A DNA stretch of 64,000 bases from Desulfatiglandales bacterium (GCA_963667015.2 CAXXJJ010000001.1:288001-352000); one strand, 5' to 3'; shown: positions 1 through 10,604, counted from the stretch's first letter. Numbers and translations: made by a program. The notes: generated by a model from the letters alone, not told the origin.

Positions 1-800
1 TTGATCTCTGCAGCCAGCCCTTCTTTTGCCACCCTGCAGGCAGCACCAAGACCTGCAGCTAGAATTACATTTTCTGTCCCTGCCCGTTTTCCCATTTCCT
101 GGCCAGCCCCATGTATAAGCGGTGTAAGACTCATTCCTTCCTTAATATAGAGAGCGCCGATACCTTTAGGCCCATACAGTTTGTGCCCCGCAACACTCAT
201 GAAATCAACTCCGAGTTCCGCCACATTCACCTTTATCTTTCCCACTGCCTGGGCCGCATCGGTATGCAGTGGAATGGAATACTGCTTAGCAATTTCTGAT
301 ATTTCCTTTACAGGTTGAAGGGTCCCTGTTTCATTATTGGCAAGCATAATGGATATCAGCACAGTCTTCCTGTTAATCGCCTTCTTTACGTCATCCGGGT
401 TTACCATGCCATATTTACCCACCGGCAGAAAGGTAACATCCGCCCCGAGTTCCATAAGGTACATGGCTGGATTAACAATCGCAGGGTGCTCAACACTGCC
501 TGTTATTATATGTTTCCCCTTAATACTTCCAGGCTCTGTAATGCCCTTGAGCACCATATTGTTAGACTCGCTTCCTCCCGAGGTAAAGATAAGCTCGCCG
601 GCATTACAGTTAATCAGGTCCGCAACCTCCTGCCTGGCCTTTTCCACGGCCTCTTTTGCCCTGACACCAAGGTCGTAACCGCTTGAAGGGTTACCAAACT
701 CACTGGTCATATATAATGTCATGATTTTTGCCGCTTCTTTGTCAACGGGTGTTGTTGCGTTATGATCAAGGTATATAAGTTTATCATCATGAGTATTCAT
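1..800 (-). CDS. Cysteine desulfurase (NifS/IscS family), 3' end runs off the window
   Basis: Read manually on the minus strand: MNTHDDKLIYLDHNATTPVD..., then NPSSG, SGGSESN, HTDAAQ and GHKLYGPKG motifs. Absent from the ORF track because no stop codon lies in the window. Confidence 0.9.
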   Translation of the reverse strand, partial: MNTHDDKLIYLDHNATTPVDKEAAKIMTLYMTSEFGNPSSGYDLGVRAKEAVEKARQEVADLINCNAGELIFTSGGSESNNMVLKGITEPGSIKGKHIITGSVEHPAIVNPAMYLMELGADVTFLPVGKYGMVNPDDVKKAINRKTVLISIMLANNETGTLQPVKEISEIAKQYSIPLHTDAAQAVGKIKVNVAELGVDFMSVAGHKLYGPKGIGALYIKEGMSLTPLIHGAGQEMGKRAGTENVILAAGLGAACRVAKEGLAAEI

Positions 801-1036
801 TTCACTTCTCCTGAATTCATAAACCTTATGTATAGTTTAATTGTAAGCTGCCATTAAAATGTCCGGTTTTCCATTAAAACAAGTATCAACTTATGCTACT
901 GATTTAACGTGACAAATGGTCATATTTCTTGAAATTCAATATAATCACCATATAATTTTAATAATGTACGACAAGTCAAATATAGCTTAAATTTTTCTTA
1001 TTTGGCAAATGTAAAACCAGAATAGAGGAGCGAGAT

Positions 1037-3775
1037 ATGCCAAAGTATGTTTATTCTTTCGGAAAGACAAAGACAGATGGAAAAGCGGAAATGAAAAACC
1101 TGCTGGGCGGTAAAGGTGCCAACCTTGCCGAGATGAGCAGGCTTGGCATTCCGGTTCCTTCAGGCTTTACCATCTCAACAGACTGCTGTAACGATTTTTT
1201 AAAGAACAACGGAACGTTTCCTCCGGGGATGAAAACAGAAGTACAAAAGGCCCTGAAGCGAATTGAGGATGAAATGGGCATGAAATTCGGCGACCCTGAA
1301 AATCCGCTTCTTGTTTCATCACGATCCGGAGCCCGACAATCAATGCCCGGAATGATGGAAACGGTGCTGAATATAGGATTATGTTCAAAAACCATTCCCG
1401 GTCTTATCAAAAAGACGAACAATGAGCGCTTTGTCTATGACTCCTACAGAAGACTTATAAGCATGTATTCCGACGTGGTAATGGAAAAAGCGGAGGGAAT
1501 AGAACCTGAAGAGGGTAAAGGCATCCGTGTTCAGCTTGACGGCCTTATGCAAAAGCTTAAGGTGAAAAAGGGATATGTAAATGACATTGAATTAAATAGT
1601 AAAGACCTGAAGCATCTTTGTGATGAATTTAAAAAAATGGTCAAAAGGGTACTAGGGAAACCCTTTCCCGATGATCCCATGGATCAGCTCTGGGGAAGCA
1701 TTTCCGCTGTTTTCAAGAGCTGGAACGGCAAGCGTGCTGTTGCCTACAGAAGAATAGAAGGCCTTCCCGATGACTGGGGCACAGCCACGAATGTCCAGAC
1801 AATGGTCTTCGGTAACATGGGAGATACATCAGCAACAGGAGTCGCATTTACAAGAAACCCGGCCACAGGTGAAAACAGATTTTATGGCGAGTGGCTGCCC
1901 AATGCCCAGGGAGAAGATGTTGTAGCGGGGATCAGGACACCAAATCCATTAAATGAAGAGACAAAAAATAATCAGAATAAACACCTTGCCTCTCTGCAAA
2001 AGGCAATGCCGAAAATTTACAAACAGCTTTTTGCAATAAGGAATATACTGGAGAAACACTACCGCGATATGCAGGATATCGAGTTTACCATACAGGAAGG
2101 AACCCTTTATATGCTGCAGACCAGGGTCGGAAAGCGCACAGGAACTGCTGCATTAAACATGGCTACCGATATGCTGAAGGAGAAACTCATAACCGAAGAA
2201 ATGGCGGTCATGAGGGTTAAGCCCGAACAGCTCGATGAACTCCTGCATCCCATTGTTGACCCTGCGGCAGAAAAGAAAGCAAAGGAAATAGCAAGAGGCC
2301 TTCCGGCCGGACCTGGAGGGGCCGCGGGACAGATTGTTTTTACTGCTGACGAGGCAGTCGAATGGGCGCAGGAAGGGAAAAAGGTAATCCTGGTCAGGGA
2401 GGAAACAAATCCGGAAGATGTCTCCGGCATGAGGGCGGCTAAAGGCATCCTTACAGTCAGGGGCGGAATGACAAGTCACGCCGCCCTTGTGGCCAGGGGA
2501 TGGGGTAAATGCTGCATCGTGGGTGCAGGCATGATAGAGGTAGACGCCTCTGCAGGAAGGATGAGAGTGAACGGAAAGACCTATAAAAGGGGTGACGTAA
2601 TAACCCTCAACGGTACAAGGGGGCATGTGTATGAAGGCGAACTGGAAATGATCGACGCCACTGAAAATCCCCATTTTAAAAAATTCATGAAGCTTGTAGA
2701 CAAATACTGCAACATAGGCGTAAGGGCTAATGCAGATACCCCGAAGGATGCGCAGATTGCTCAGAGTTTCGGGGCGGAAGGAATTGGTCTTTTCAGAACG
2801 GAACATATGTTCTACGGCGACAAAAGCGATAAACCCCGTTTTTATTTGCGCCAGATGATCCTGAGCAGCACAGAAAAAGAGAGAAAGAGAGCACTTAAAA
2901 ATCTGTTCGGCTTTGTAAAAAAGGATGTAAAGGCCACACTTGAAGTAATGAAGGGACTGCCGGTAACATTTAGGCTTCTGGACCCGCCGCTGCATGAGTT
3001 TATACCCCAGGGGGCATGGAAGCTTCAGGAAATCGCAACCAGTCTTCATATAAGCGTAAATGAGATACGGAGACGAAAAGAGTTTCTGCACGAGGTCAAC
3101 CCGATGATGGGCCATCGCGGCGTGAGGCTCGGGATTACCTATCCTGAAGTAACTGAAATGCAGGTCCGTGCAATTTTTGAATCCGTCGCTGAGCTGCACA
3201 AGGCCGGAAAAAAGGCTCACCCTGAGATAATGGTGCCTGTGATCTGCGACGCAGGAGAACTGAAAGACCAGAAAAAGATAGTGGACCGGGTCTATCAGGA
3301 AGTTATTACAAAATATAAAATAAAGGGCATAGACTATAAGTTCGGGACGATGATAGAGATACCAAGGGCCTGCCTTATAGCCGATGAAATGGCTGAAGTG
3401 GCAGATTTTTTCAGTTTCGGTACAAATGACCTGACACAGATGGGAATGGGCATGAGCCGTGATGATATAGGCAGTTTTATAGATGAATATCTCAATAAAA
3501 ATATTCTGAAAGCCGATCCGTTTCAGACAATAGATCAGAAGGGGATAGGTCAGCTTATTGAAACGGGTATCTCAAAGGGGCGTTCAACAAACAGAAATCT
3601 CAAGGTTGGTATATGCGGTGAGCATGGAGGAGACCCTGCATCAGTTGCCTATTGTAATAAAGTGGGAATGAACTACGTAAGCTGCTCACCCTTCAGGGTA
3701 CCTATTGCAAGGCTGGCAGTAGCACAATCCGCCCTGGAATTAAAATTAATTAAAAAAGGCCAAAAAAGAAAATAA
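1037..3775 (+). CDS. ppdK: Pyruvate, phosphate dikinase
   Basis: GGKGANL, GGMTSHAA (phospho-His), FSFGTNDLTQ and GICGEHGGDP motifs; 912 aa. Confidence 0.97.
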   Translation: MPKYVYSFGKTKTDGKAEMKNLLGGKGANLAEMSRLGIPVPSGFTISTDCCNDFLKNNGTFPPGMKTEVQKALKRIEDEMGMKFGDPENPLLVSSRSGARQSMPGMMETVLNIGLCSKTIPGLIKKTNNERFVYDSYRRLISMYSDVVMEKAEGIEPEEGKGIRVQLDGLMQKLKVKKGYVNDIELNSKDLKHLCDEFKKMVKRVLGKPFPDDPMDQLWGSISAVFKSWNGKRAVAYRRIEGLPDDWGTATNVQTMVFGNMGDTSATGVAFTRNPATGENRFYGEWLPNAQGEDVVAGIRTPNPLNEETKNNQNKHLASLQKAMPKIYKQLFAIRNILEKHYRDMQDIEFTIQEGTLYMLQTRVGKRTGTAALNMATDMLKEKLITEEMAVMRVKPEQLDELLHPIVDPAAEKKAKEIARGLPAGPGGAAGQIVFTADEAVEWAQEGKKVILVREETNPEDVSGMRAAKGILTVRGGMTSHAALVARGWGKCCIVGAGMIEVDASAGRMRVNGKTYKRGDVITLNGTRGHVYEGELEMIDATENPHFKKFMKLVDKYCNIGVRANADTPKDAQIAQSFGAEGIGLFRTEHMFYGDKSDKPRFYLRQMILSSTEKERKRALKNLFGFVKKDVKATLEVMKGLPVTFRLLDPPLHEFIPQGAWKLQEIATSLHISVNEIRRRKEFLHEVNPMMGHRGVRLGITYPEVTEMQVRAIFESVAELHKAGKKAHPEIMVPVICDAGELKDQKKIVDRVYQEVITKYKIKGIDYKFGTMIEIPRACLIADEMAEVADFFSFGTNDLTQMGMGMSRDDIGSFIDEYLNKNILKADPFQTIDQKGIGQLIETGISKGRSTNRNLKVGICGEHGGDPASVAYCNKVGMNYVSCSPFRVPIARLAVAQSALELKLIKKGQKRK

Positions 3776-3802
3776 TTATTCATACCGAGTACAATACCTA
3801 AG

Positions 3803-3824
3803 GCCTCGTCGCTTGCGGCGAGGC
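3803..3824. terminator. GC-rich hairpin after ppdK (terminator, or an IS200/605-like palindrome remnant)
   Basis: GCCTCGTCGC-TT-GCGGCGAGGC followed shortly by a T-rich tract. Confidence 0.5.
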
Positions 3825-4149
3825 AGGCCACTTTTAATTTTTATTTTATCCGAAATATTTTCCTCCATAACCTAAATATAAAGGTTCATTTACTGACATG
3901 CTTTATAAGGTTAAATTATATATAATTTAGTTTTTTCCGATAGAATAGACCTGATAAAAAGCATTATGACTTGACACTCTGTCAAAAGCCGTGTTAGTGA
4001 ATAAATCCTTATTTCGATAATAAAATGATAGTGTTATAGGATTTTTCAGACGGCAGCCGGATATTTTTGTCTGCCGGGGTTATTTATAGTATATCGAAAA
4101 TTAAATAATGTTAGGTTTTCTATCATTAAAACGTTAAAGGAGGAACAAA

Positions 4150-4944
4150 GTGAATATTATTGTATGCATAAAACAGGTCCCGGATACTGAAGCGCAGATA
4201 AAGATAGGTCCGGACGGAAAATCAATCGCTGAGAGCGATATCAAATGGATAATGAATCCCTATGATGAATTTGGCGTTGAAGAAGCATTAAAATTAAAGG
4301 AAAAATTTGGTGGCGAAGTGACTGTAGTGGGTCTCGGCCCCAAAAGGGTTACCGAATCAATACGAACTGCCCTGGCCATGGGGGCTGACAAGGGAGTGCT
4401 TGTTACTGACGATGCGCTTAACGGAAGTGATTCTATAGCCGTAGCAAAGGCCCTTGCCGCCGCAATTAAAGGTCTTGAATATGATATTATCTTTACCGGT
4501 CAGAGGGGTGTTGATGATGACAGCGGTCTGGTTGGCGCTGCCCTGGCAGAATATCTTGATATCCCTCAGGTATCGGTTATTACAAAGCTTGAAGTATCAG
4601 ATGACGGAAAAACAGTAAAGGCGAACAGGCCTGTTGAAGGTGAAACCCTTGTTGTTGAGGCAAACACACCTGTACTGCTCACTACCCAGAAGGGTCTCAA
4701 CGAACCCAGATATGCATCTCTGCCGGGCATTATGAAGGCAAAGAAAAAACCTCTCGAAGAAAAAAGCCTTGCTGATCTTGGTCTCGATGCCTCAGAATTC
4801 GGTACAGACGCCAGGAAACTCAAAATTGTTGAACTCACTCCGCCACCCGAAAGGGCTGCAGGCAAGATTATCGATGGTGATTCGCCTGAGGCAAAAGCGG
4901 CAGAACTGGCAAAGCTTTTACACGAAGAAGCGAAGGTTATTTAG
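4150..4944 (+). CDS. etfB: Electron transfer flavoprotein beta subunit
   Basis: IIVCIKQVPD, MNPYDEFGVEEAL, ALAMGAD and NEPRYASLPGIMKAKKKP motifs. Confidence 0.97.
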   Translation: MNIIVCIKQVPDTEAQIKIGPDGKSIAESDIKWIMNPYDEFGVEEALKLKEKFGGEVTVVGLGPKRVTESIRTALAMGADKGVLVTDDALNGSDSIAVAKALAAAIKGLEYDIIFTGQRGVDDDSGLVGAALAEYLDIPQVSVITKLEVSDDGKTVKANRPVEGETLVVEANTPVLLTTQKGLNEPRYASLPGIMKAKKKPLEEKSLADLGLDASEFGTDARKLKIVELTPPPERAAGKIIDGDSPEAKAAELAKLLHEEAKVI

Positions 4945-4998
4945 TCTAACCGCCTTATGATACAATAAACAGGATATAAAAAAGAAGGAGATATAAAT

Positions 4999-5979
4999 AT
5001 GGCTCAAGGAGTAATGATCATCGCTGAACAGAGAGATGGAGACATAAGAAAGATATCATATGAACTGGTAAGCGAAGGAAAAAGGCTTGCCGATGCCTCC
5101 GGTCAGGAGCTGACAGCGGTATTGCTTGGTTCAAATATAAAAGATAAAGCAGCAGAGCTTGGTAAATACGGTGCACCAAAGGTACTGGTTGCCGACGATC
5201 CAAGACTTGAAAAATATACAACAGACGCATACGCAGCAGTAATAGCAGAAATAGTCAAGGCCAATGATCCGGCTATTCTCCTGCTTGGTGCGTCATCTCA
5301 GGGCAAAGATCTTGCCGGTCGCCTTGCAGCAAAACTTGGTGTTGGCATGGCACAGGATTGCACCCAGTTTTCAGTAGATGGCGGCAAACTTGTAGCAATA
5401 AGGCCTATTTATGCCGGCAAGGCATATGCAAAGGTAACATATGATGACAGTTATCCGAACATGGCAACAGCCAGACCAAATGTTATGGCAATCAATGAAC
5501 CCGGTGACTCATCAGCAGAAATTGCTGATGCCTCTTTCACTCTCGATGATGCAGCAATAAAGACAAAGGTTGCAGAAGAGATCAAGGATGAAAGCGGAAA
5601 GGTCGACCTTACGGAAGCAGACAAGATTGTTGCCGGCGGTCGAGGAGTAAAGGGCCCTGAGGGCTTTGAAGTACTTGAAAAACTGGCTGAGGCAATTGGC
5701 GCCTCGGTTGGTGCATCACGTTCAGCCGTTGACGCAGGCTGGAGAACACACACTGATCAGGTAGGACAGACAGGTAAGGTTGTTTCACCTAACCTTTATA
5801 TTGCATGCGGTATTTCAGGCGCCATCCAGCATCTGGCAGGTATGTCAACTTCAAAATATGTTGTTGCCATAAATAAGGATCCGGAGGCCCCGATATTCCA
5901 GAAGGCCGATTATGGTATAGTCGACGATCTGTTTAATGTTGTCCCTGCACTGGCAGAAGAAGTAAAAAAAGTAATGTAA
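4999..5979 (+). CDS. etfA: Electron transfer flavoprotein alpha subunit
   Basis: [18 protein letters not shown] and [14 protein letters not shown] motifs. Confidence 0.97.
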   Translation: MAQGVMIIAEQRDGDIRKISYELVSEGKRLADASGQELTAVLLGSNIKDKAAELGKYGAPKVLVADDPRLEKYTTDAYAAVIAEIVKANDPAILLLGASSQGKDLAGRLAAKLGVGMAQDCTQFSVDGGKLVAIRPIYAGKAYAKVTYDDSYPNMATARPNVMAINEPGDSSAEIADASFTLDDAAIKTKVAEEIKDESGKVDLTEADKIVAGGRGVKGPEGFEVLEKLAEAIGASVGASRSAVDAGWRTHTDQVGQTGKVVSPNLYIACGISGAIQHLAGMSTSKYVVAINKDPEAPIFQKADYGIVDDLFNVVPALAEEVKKVM

Positions 5980-5998
5980 TTTACAGTTATATATAAAT

Positions 5999-6038
5999 AA
6001 AAAAGGCCGGAAGCTGTTTAAGTTTCCGGCCTTTTTTT
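5999..6038. terminator. Bidirectional intrinsic terminator
   Basis: A-tract, GGCCGGAA...TTCCGGCC stem, T-tract. Confidence 0.9.
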
Positions 6039-6177
6039 ATTCCCCTTGATACGAAAGCCCCGGCAGAATGCTCCGGGGCGGCTCCGAATATGCCGTTACT
6101 GCTTTTTTTCTGTTCTTCCTCCTAGAAGGAAGTCCCCATGAATGCAACGGGCACTCCAGATACCTGAAATTAATAAT

Positions 6178-6193
6178 TGCAATAGCTATGCCT
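6178..6193 (-). promoter_or_regulatory. Sigma54 -24/-12 promoter facing an ORF-less region
   Basis: Minus strand AGGCAT-AGCTA-TTGCA (GG-N10-GC), with TGT..ACA-like motifs upstream at about 6254-6312. Confidence 0.6.
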
Positions 6194-6427
6194 GTTTCAG
6201 ATTATAAAATTTAGCCTAATTTAACATAATAATAAAAATATCATATTTTAAAATGTAGCATTCCAGCCACAGCAGTATGTCAAATTATACACAGTATCTT
6301 GTATCATTACATCTGAGCAACCACAATTTTACGTCCAGATAAAAATCAGGATAAGAAATATTTTCTGCCAGACAGGTTATTATTTGATTGACAAAATAAA
6401 AGATTTGGATAAATTAGGGGATTCATT

Positions 6428-6501
6428 GGCGATGTAGCTCAGATGGTCAGAGCATACGGCTCATATCCGTAGGGTCACTGGTTCAACTCCAGTCATCGCC
6501 A
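6428..6501 (+). tRNA. tRNA-Met (CAT), probably elongator; 3' CCA not encoded (CTA)
   Basis: Cloverleaf with GGCGATG/CATCGCC acceptor stem, TAGCTCAG D-arm, TACGG-CTCATAT-CCGTA anticodon arm and GTTCAAC T-loop. Confidence 0.95.
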
Positions 6502-6583
6502 CTATAAAAAAGTCAAAGAGGTGTTGACAATCTTGAAATCCGGTTTATTTTCACCGTGTGAAATATATCAAGAGAGTTTCGTA

Positions 6584-7120
6584 ATGACCGATTTGGCATT
6601 TAAGGATGATAATATCGATACCATCAGCGAGGCTCTTCTAATAGCTGAGGATAAGATCGGTGATTATTACAAATTTTCTTCGAGGCAGTGGAGGCGGCAT
6701 CAATATGATGTTAAAACCCTTGCAAATCTTGAAGAAGATGAAATAACATCCTTCGCTTTTGCCTTGCTCAGTAAACGCTCAAGGGTTATTGAAGGTTTCG
6801 ATTCAAGCACAAAAAAACGTGACTTCTACTATATATGCCTTCAGGATCATCTTATATTAAATGCCCTTCAAAGAGATAAAAAGCTGACCTTGTTACCACT
6901 CCTTGTATATATATTCACACACGAACTGGTTCATATTGTCAGGTTTTGTAATTTTTTACAGCGGTATGAAATAACAGGAAAAAACAGGGAATGTGAAGAA
7001 GGCCTGGTCCATGAGACCACATTCGATATTCTGAAACGAACTTCCCTGGGAAACATGGATTATATACTGAATTCATACAAACAGCACAGGCCCTGCAATC
7101 TGGCTGTGCAAAATTTTTAG
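6584..7120 (+). CDS. Hypothetical protein with HExxH motif (possible zinc metalloprotease fold)
   Basis: THELVH motif with a downstream EE; ATG at 6584 preferred over the upstream alternative start. Confidence 0.7.
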   Translation: MTDLAFKDDNIDTISEALLIAEDKIGDYYKFSSRQWRRHQYDVKTLANLEEDEITSFAFALLSKRSRVIEGFDSSTKKRDFYYICLQDHLILNALQRDKKLTLLPLLVYIFTHELVHIVRFCNFLQRYEITGKNRECEEGLVHETTFDILKRTSLGNMDYILNSYKQHRPCNLAVQNF

Positions 7121-7137
7121 ACGAGAGGTGAATCAAA

Positions 7138-7452
7138 ATGCCTTTTTACGAATACGAATGTACAAAATGTCACTTTCACACAGAAGTATTACAGAAGATA
7201 TCCGATCCTCCGGTAACCAAATGTGAAAAATGCAAAGGCAAAATGAAAAAACTGATATCCCAGAGCACTTTTCATTTGAAGGGTTCAGGATGGTATGTTA
7301 CTGACTATGCGTCAAAATCAGGCGGATATGACGGCAAATCCGGATCGGGCGATTCCGGCATCGGTACGGAGTCCGCCAAAGAGACAAAAAGCAGCAGCCC
7401 TGATACTAAATCAAAGAAGAAAGAGACCAAGGCTGCCAAGGCAAAGGATTAG
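7138..7452 (+). CDS. FmdB-family zinc-ribbon protein
   Basis: MPFYEYECTKC...CEKC...FHLKGSGWYVTDY with a low-complexity tail. Confidence 0.9.
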   Translation: MPFYEYECTKCHFHTEVLQKISDPPVTKCEKCKGKMKKLISQSTFHLKGSGWYVTDYASKSGGYDGKSGSGDSGIGTESAKETKSSSPDTKSKKKETKAAKAKD

Positions 7453-7509
7453 TGATTATTGTTTATATTTTTTTTAATGGCCTAGTTGCCCCTTTAAAAA
7501 AGTAAGAAT

Positions 7510-8070
7510 ATGAAACATTTAAATACCGGTAAAGAACACAATAAAGTGATCAAGAGGCTGGAGAGGCAGGAAAAGAAACAATCTCTTCAGAGGGACAAAT
7601 TCCTGAGATATAAACTGAACGAAATACATTCAGGCCTGACTCAGGAGTTACTGATGCAGGAGATTGTAGAAACGGATAACTCCGGTGCTTTTTCGGAGTT
7701 ATTACTTAAGGGCCTTAAAAAACTTTCACGAACCAACGAGTTTGACTATAAATATTTTATAGCACCCATACGCGGGCTTGTTCCCCGCCCCAATCCCATT
7801 TCTCTATACATGACCCAGTACATTCTTGAAGATGTACTTAATGCGCCCTGTGTTATAGATGTTTATGGCACTGATGTTGAAATATACAAGGCTGTAAATA
7901 AGGTCGTCTCAAACCTGAACCTGAAGTTTGAACAGGCAGAAGAAAAAATTATGAAGCAGCTTGCCAGTAATAAATCCCTGACTCCCGGTTCAAGACAGTA
8001 TGATATCGCCTTTGATGAGCTTTTTCACAAAGCCATGGGCGATGCTCAGACTGAAAGCAATCCCCATTAG
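7510..8070 (+). CDS. Hypothetical protein
   Basis: 186-aa ORF in an operon-like position with typical composition. Confidence 0.75.
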   Translation: MKHLNTGKEHNKVIKRLERQEKKQSLQRDKFLRYKLNEIHSGLTQELLMQEIVETDNSGAFSELLLKGLKKLSRTNEFDYKYFIAPIRGLVPRPNPISLYMTQYILEDVLNAPCVIDVYGTDVEIYKAVNKVVSNLNLKFEQAEEKIMKQLASNKSLTPGSRQYDIAFDELFHKAMGDAQTESNPH

Positions 8071-8139
8071 AAATTAAATAAAGAAAAAATCCGGCAACCC
8101 CTTTAGCAAAAAAGGGGTTGTTCATTTAAGGAGAAATAT

Positions 8140-9081
8140 ATGTACGATAATATCGCTTTTTTATTTCCCGGGCAGAATTCACAGGTAATAGGCATGGGAC
8201 AGGACCTTGCAAATGAATTCCCTGAGGCGCGGGAGATATTCAGACAACTGGATGAGATATGTGAAAAACCAATGTCAAAACTTTGCTTTGAAGGGCCCGG
8301 TGAAGAGCTTATCCTTACAGTAAACCAGCAACCGGCCATCACTGCAGTAAATCTTGCCTGTTTAAAGGTTTTAAACCTTAAGGGTGTAAAGGCATCCGTA
8401 TCTGCCGGGCACAGCCTTGGTGAGTTTCCGGCACTTGTTTCATCAGGGGTATTATCAGAATATGATGCCCTTAAGATTGTAAAAAAACGCGGTGAACTTA
8501 TGCACAGGGAATCCCTTTCTCACCCCGGAGTAATGGCAGCGGTTATGAAGCTTTCAATAGACAAGGTGACCGAAATCGTAGAAAAGGCAAAGAGCAAAGG
8601 GCTACTTGCAGTTGCCAATCATAATTCGGAAGCACAGATAGTTATCACTGGCGAATCAGCACCAATGGATTATGCCCTCACACTTGTAAAGGAAGAAAAG
8701 GGAAAGGCCATACCCCTGAAGGTAAGCGGCGCATGGCATTGCGACCTTATGAAGGGCGCGGTTAATGAATTCCGGGAATACATGGAGGGTTTCACCTTTA
8801 ACAGCCCAATATCCACCATCCTGTTTAATGCAACTGCTGCAACAGAAAATGATCCGGAAAAAATAAAGGATATAATGGCCAATCAGTTAACGAGCCCGGT
8901 CAGATGGTATGATATTATCTGTCGTATGATTGAAGACAGGGTAGATACCATGGTTGACGTAGGCCCCCAGAAGCAGATGATGGGCCTGGTTGGAAGGATA
9001 CTTCCAAAGGACAGCAATATAACCACATCAAGCGTGGAGGATGTTGAAACCCTTAATGAATTCCTGCGGGCAAACGATTAA
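8140..9081 (+). CDS. fabD: Malonyl-CoA:ACP transacylase
   Basis: FLFPGQ, QPAI, GHSLGE, VSGAWH and QLTSPVRW motifs. Confidence 0.93.
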   Translation: MYDNIAFLFPGQNSQVIGMGQDLANEFPEAREIFRQLDEICEKPMSKLCFEGPGEELILTVNQQPAITAVNLACLKVLNLKGVKASVSAGHSLGEFPALVSSGVLSEYDALKIVKKRGELMHRESLSHPGVMAAVMKLSIDKVTEIVEKAKSKGLLAVANHNSEAQIVITGESAPMDYALTLVKEEKGKAIPLKVSGAWHCDLMKGAVNEFREYMEGFTFNSPISTILFNATAATENDPEKIKDIMANQLTSPVRWYDIICRMIEDRVDTMVDVGPQKQMMGLVGRILPKDSNITTSSVEDVETLNEFLRAND

Positions 9082-9118
9082 ACCAGTTGCAGGGATTTTC
9101 TTATAATAAGACGATCAA

Positions 9119-9151
9119 TAAAAAAATAACAGGCAGCGGTACTGCCTGTTA
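9119..9151. terminator. Hairpin between convergent genes
   Basis: ATAACAGGCAG-CGGTA-CTGCCTGTTAT preceded by an A-tract. Confidence 0.75.
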
Positions 9152-9192
9152 TCAAAATTATTAAAGCAGCCTGTATTTCTGTTCAGGCTGTT

Positions 9193-9594
9193 TTATTTTA
9201 CCTCAAATTCTTTACTGCCAAGAAGGGTACCATCCGGTGTTTCAATATCAATTCTCCATTTCCCTGTCCATGAAGGTAATATCTTTTTAGATGACCATGT
9301 CCTCCAGACCTTTGCCTTTGTAGACAGTTCTATCCTGGCCATAACACGGTCATTGTAGAGCCACACGTGAAAGATTGAACCTTCGTCCTTATTGCTTACT
9401 ATCTTTGTAAAACAGTAGAGTTTTTCCACATCGGCTGAAAAACTGGTGTCTACACCAACAGGCACTCTTTCTTCAATGGAAGTGCAGACTTCCAGATCTT
9501 CAACACTGATTTCCGGGGCCTGCTGGGCAAATGACACAGCGGATACTAATAAAACAATAAACATAATAAAAAATAACTTTGTTTTCATAATCAT
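9193..9594 (-). CDS. Secreted DUF2914-like protein
   Basis: Signal peptide; LYCFT, HVW, WRTWSSKKI and GKWRIDI motifs. Confidence 0.8.
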   Translation of the reverse strand: MIMKTKLFFIMFIVLLVSAVSFAQQAPEISVEDLEVCTSIEERVPVGVDTSFSADVEKLYCFTKIVSNKDEGSIFHVWLYNDRVMARIELSTKAKVWRTWSSKKILPSWTGKWRIDIETPDGTLLGSKEFEVK

Positions 9595-9618
9595 CTCCTC
9601 CTGATTTGGATGAAAAAA

Positions 9619-10323
9619 TTATATAAGACCCTTTAAATATTTTTGTCTTTCCTTTTCCTCAAATTTTTCAATTGCATAGCGAAGCATTGTTCTGGGCATA
9701 TCCTTATAATGTTTATCAAGGAAGTTCTTTTCTGCTGAAATGTCTCTTTTTCCTATCTCCCGGAGCATCCATCCAACGGCCTTATGGATGAGGTCTTCGT
9801 TATCCTTTAGGAGTGCTTCGGAAATATTGAGTGTATCCTTAAATATATTTTTCTTTATCAGGTGGAAAGTAGACATTACTGCAATGCGCCTTTCCCAGAG
9901 ATTTTCAGATCCAGCCATCTTATAGAGTATATCCCTGTTTCGATTTTCCAGGTATACCCCCACAATATAATGTGCAGAACTGTCTACAAGATCCCAGTTG
10001 TTGATCTTTTCAATGCTGCCAAGGTATAAGTTGTAGATAGCGGCCCTCTCTTCTTCTGTTCCTTTTGAAAATTTTTGAACAAGTATTATCAGGGCACATA
10101 GCCGTTCTTCATGAAATGAGGATTGTAAAAGCTTTTTTATAGCTGATAAATCGATATCCCGGTATTTTTTTGCCAACTGCCTTAAAACCGGCACCCTGAT
10201 GCCCAAAAACCTGTCACCCTCACCATATTCTCCTTTTCCCGTTTTAAAAAAGCCCATGGAATGGGCAGCAATTTCAGGATCAGCTAATCCTTGAAGACTT
10301 TTTTGAAGGGCTTTCAGCGACAT
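9619..10323 (-). CDS. DNA alkylation repair protein (AlkD-like)
   Basis: FFKTGKGEYGEGDRFLG, INNWDLVD, DLIHKAVGWMLRE and MPRTMLRYAIEKF motifs. Confidence 0.9.
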   Translation of the reverse strand: MSLKALQKSLQGLADPEIAAHSMGFFKTGKGEYGEGDRFLGIRVPVLRQLAKKYRDIDLSAIKKLLQSSFHEERLCALIILVQKFSKGTEEERAAIYNLYLGSIEKINNWDLVDSSAHYIVGVYLENRNRDILYKMAGSENLWERRIAVMSTFHLIKKNIFKDTLNISEALLKDNEDLIHKAVGWMLREIGKRDISAEKNFLDKHYKDMPRTMLRYAIEKFEEKERQKYLKGLI

Positions 10324-10363
10324 TTGTAATATCCGGATTTCACGTTCAGGGAGTATAACAACT

Positions 10364-10453
10364 CCACCGCCACAAGCAGCGGGGCATCAACCAGGGACTA
10401 TTTCTCTTTAATCGCCGCAATTAACAAGATTATAGACACTGCGCTTCGCAATA
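10364..10453. repeat. Degenerate palindromic remnant resembling IS200/IS605-type ends
   Basis: CCGCCACAAGCAGCGGGGCAT ... CTGCGCTTCGCAATA with no transposase nearby; recognised by eye. Confidence 0.35.
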
Positions 10454-10604
10454 AAAAAGAACCATAAAGATATCATAAGTTTCCAGTGACATCAAAAAAT
10501 AAAAAAAGAAAAGAAGAAGCCTGTTTTAGCGTGAAAGGGATCAATGTCCATATCGGGCAGTTAAAAACCTTCGCTTGCAGGCTAAGATAACTTAGTTCAG
10601 TTTT

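Noticed and set aside
111..686. Plus-strand ORFs at the window start
   Set aside because: They are antisense shadows of the minus-strand cysteine desulfurase.
2153..3220. 355-aa minus-strand ORF, and similar long antisense ORFs such as 13505-14377, 36909-37460 and 62452-63033
   Set aside because: They lie fully opposite well-supported genes and have no recognisable motifs.
6428..6520. tRNA as an integration site for an island
   Set aside because: No integrase and no duplicated tRNA 3' end were seen; downstream genes look like core genes.
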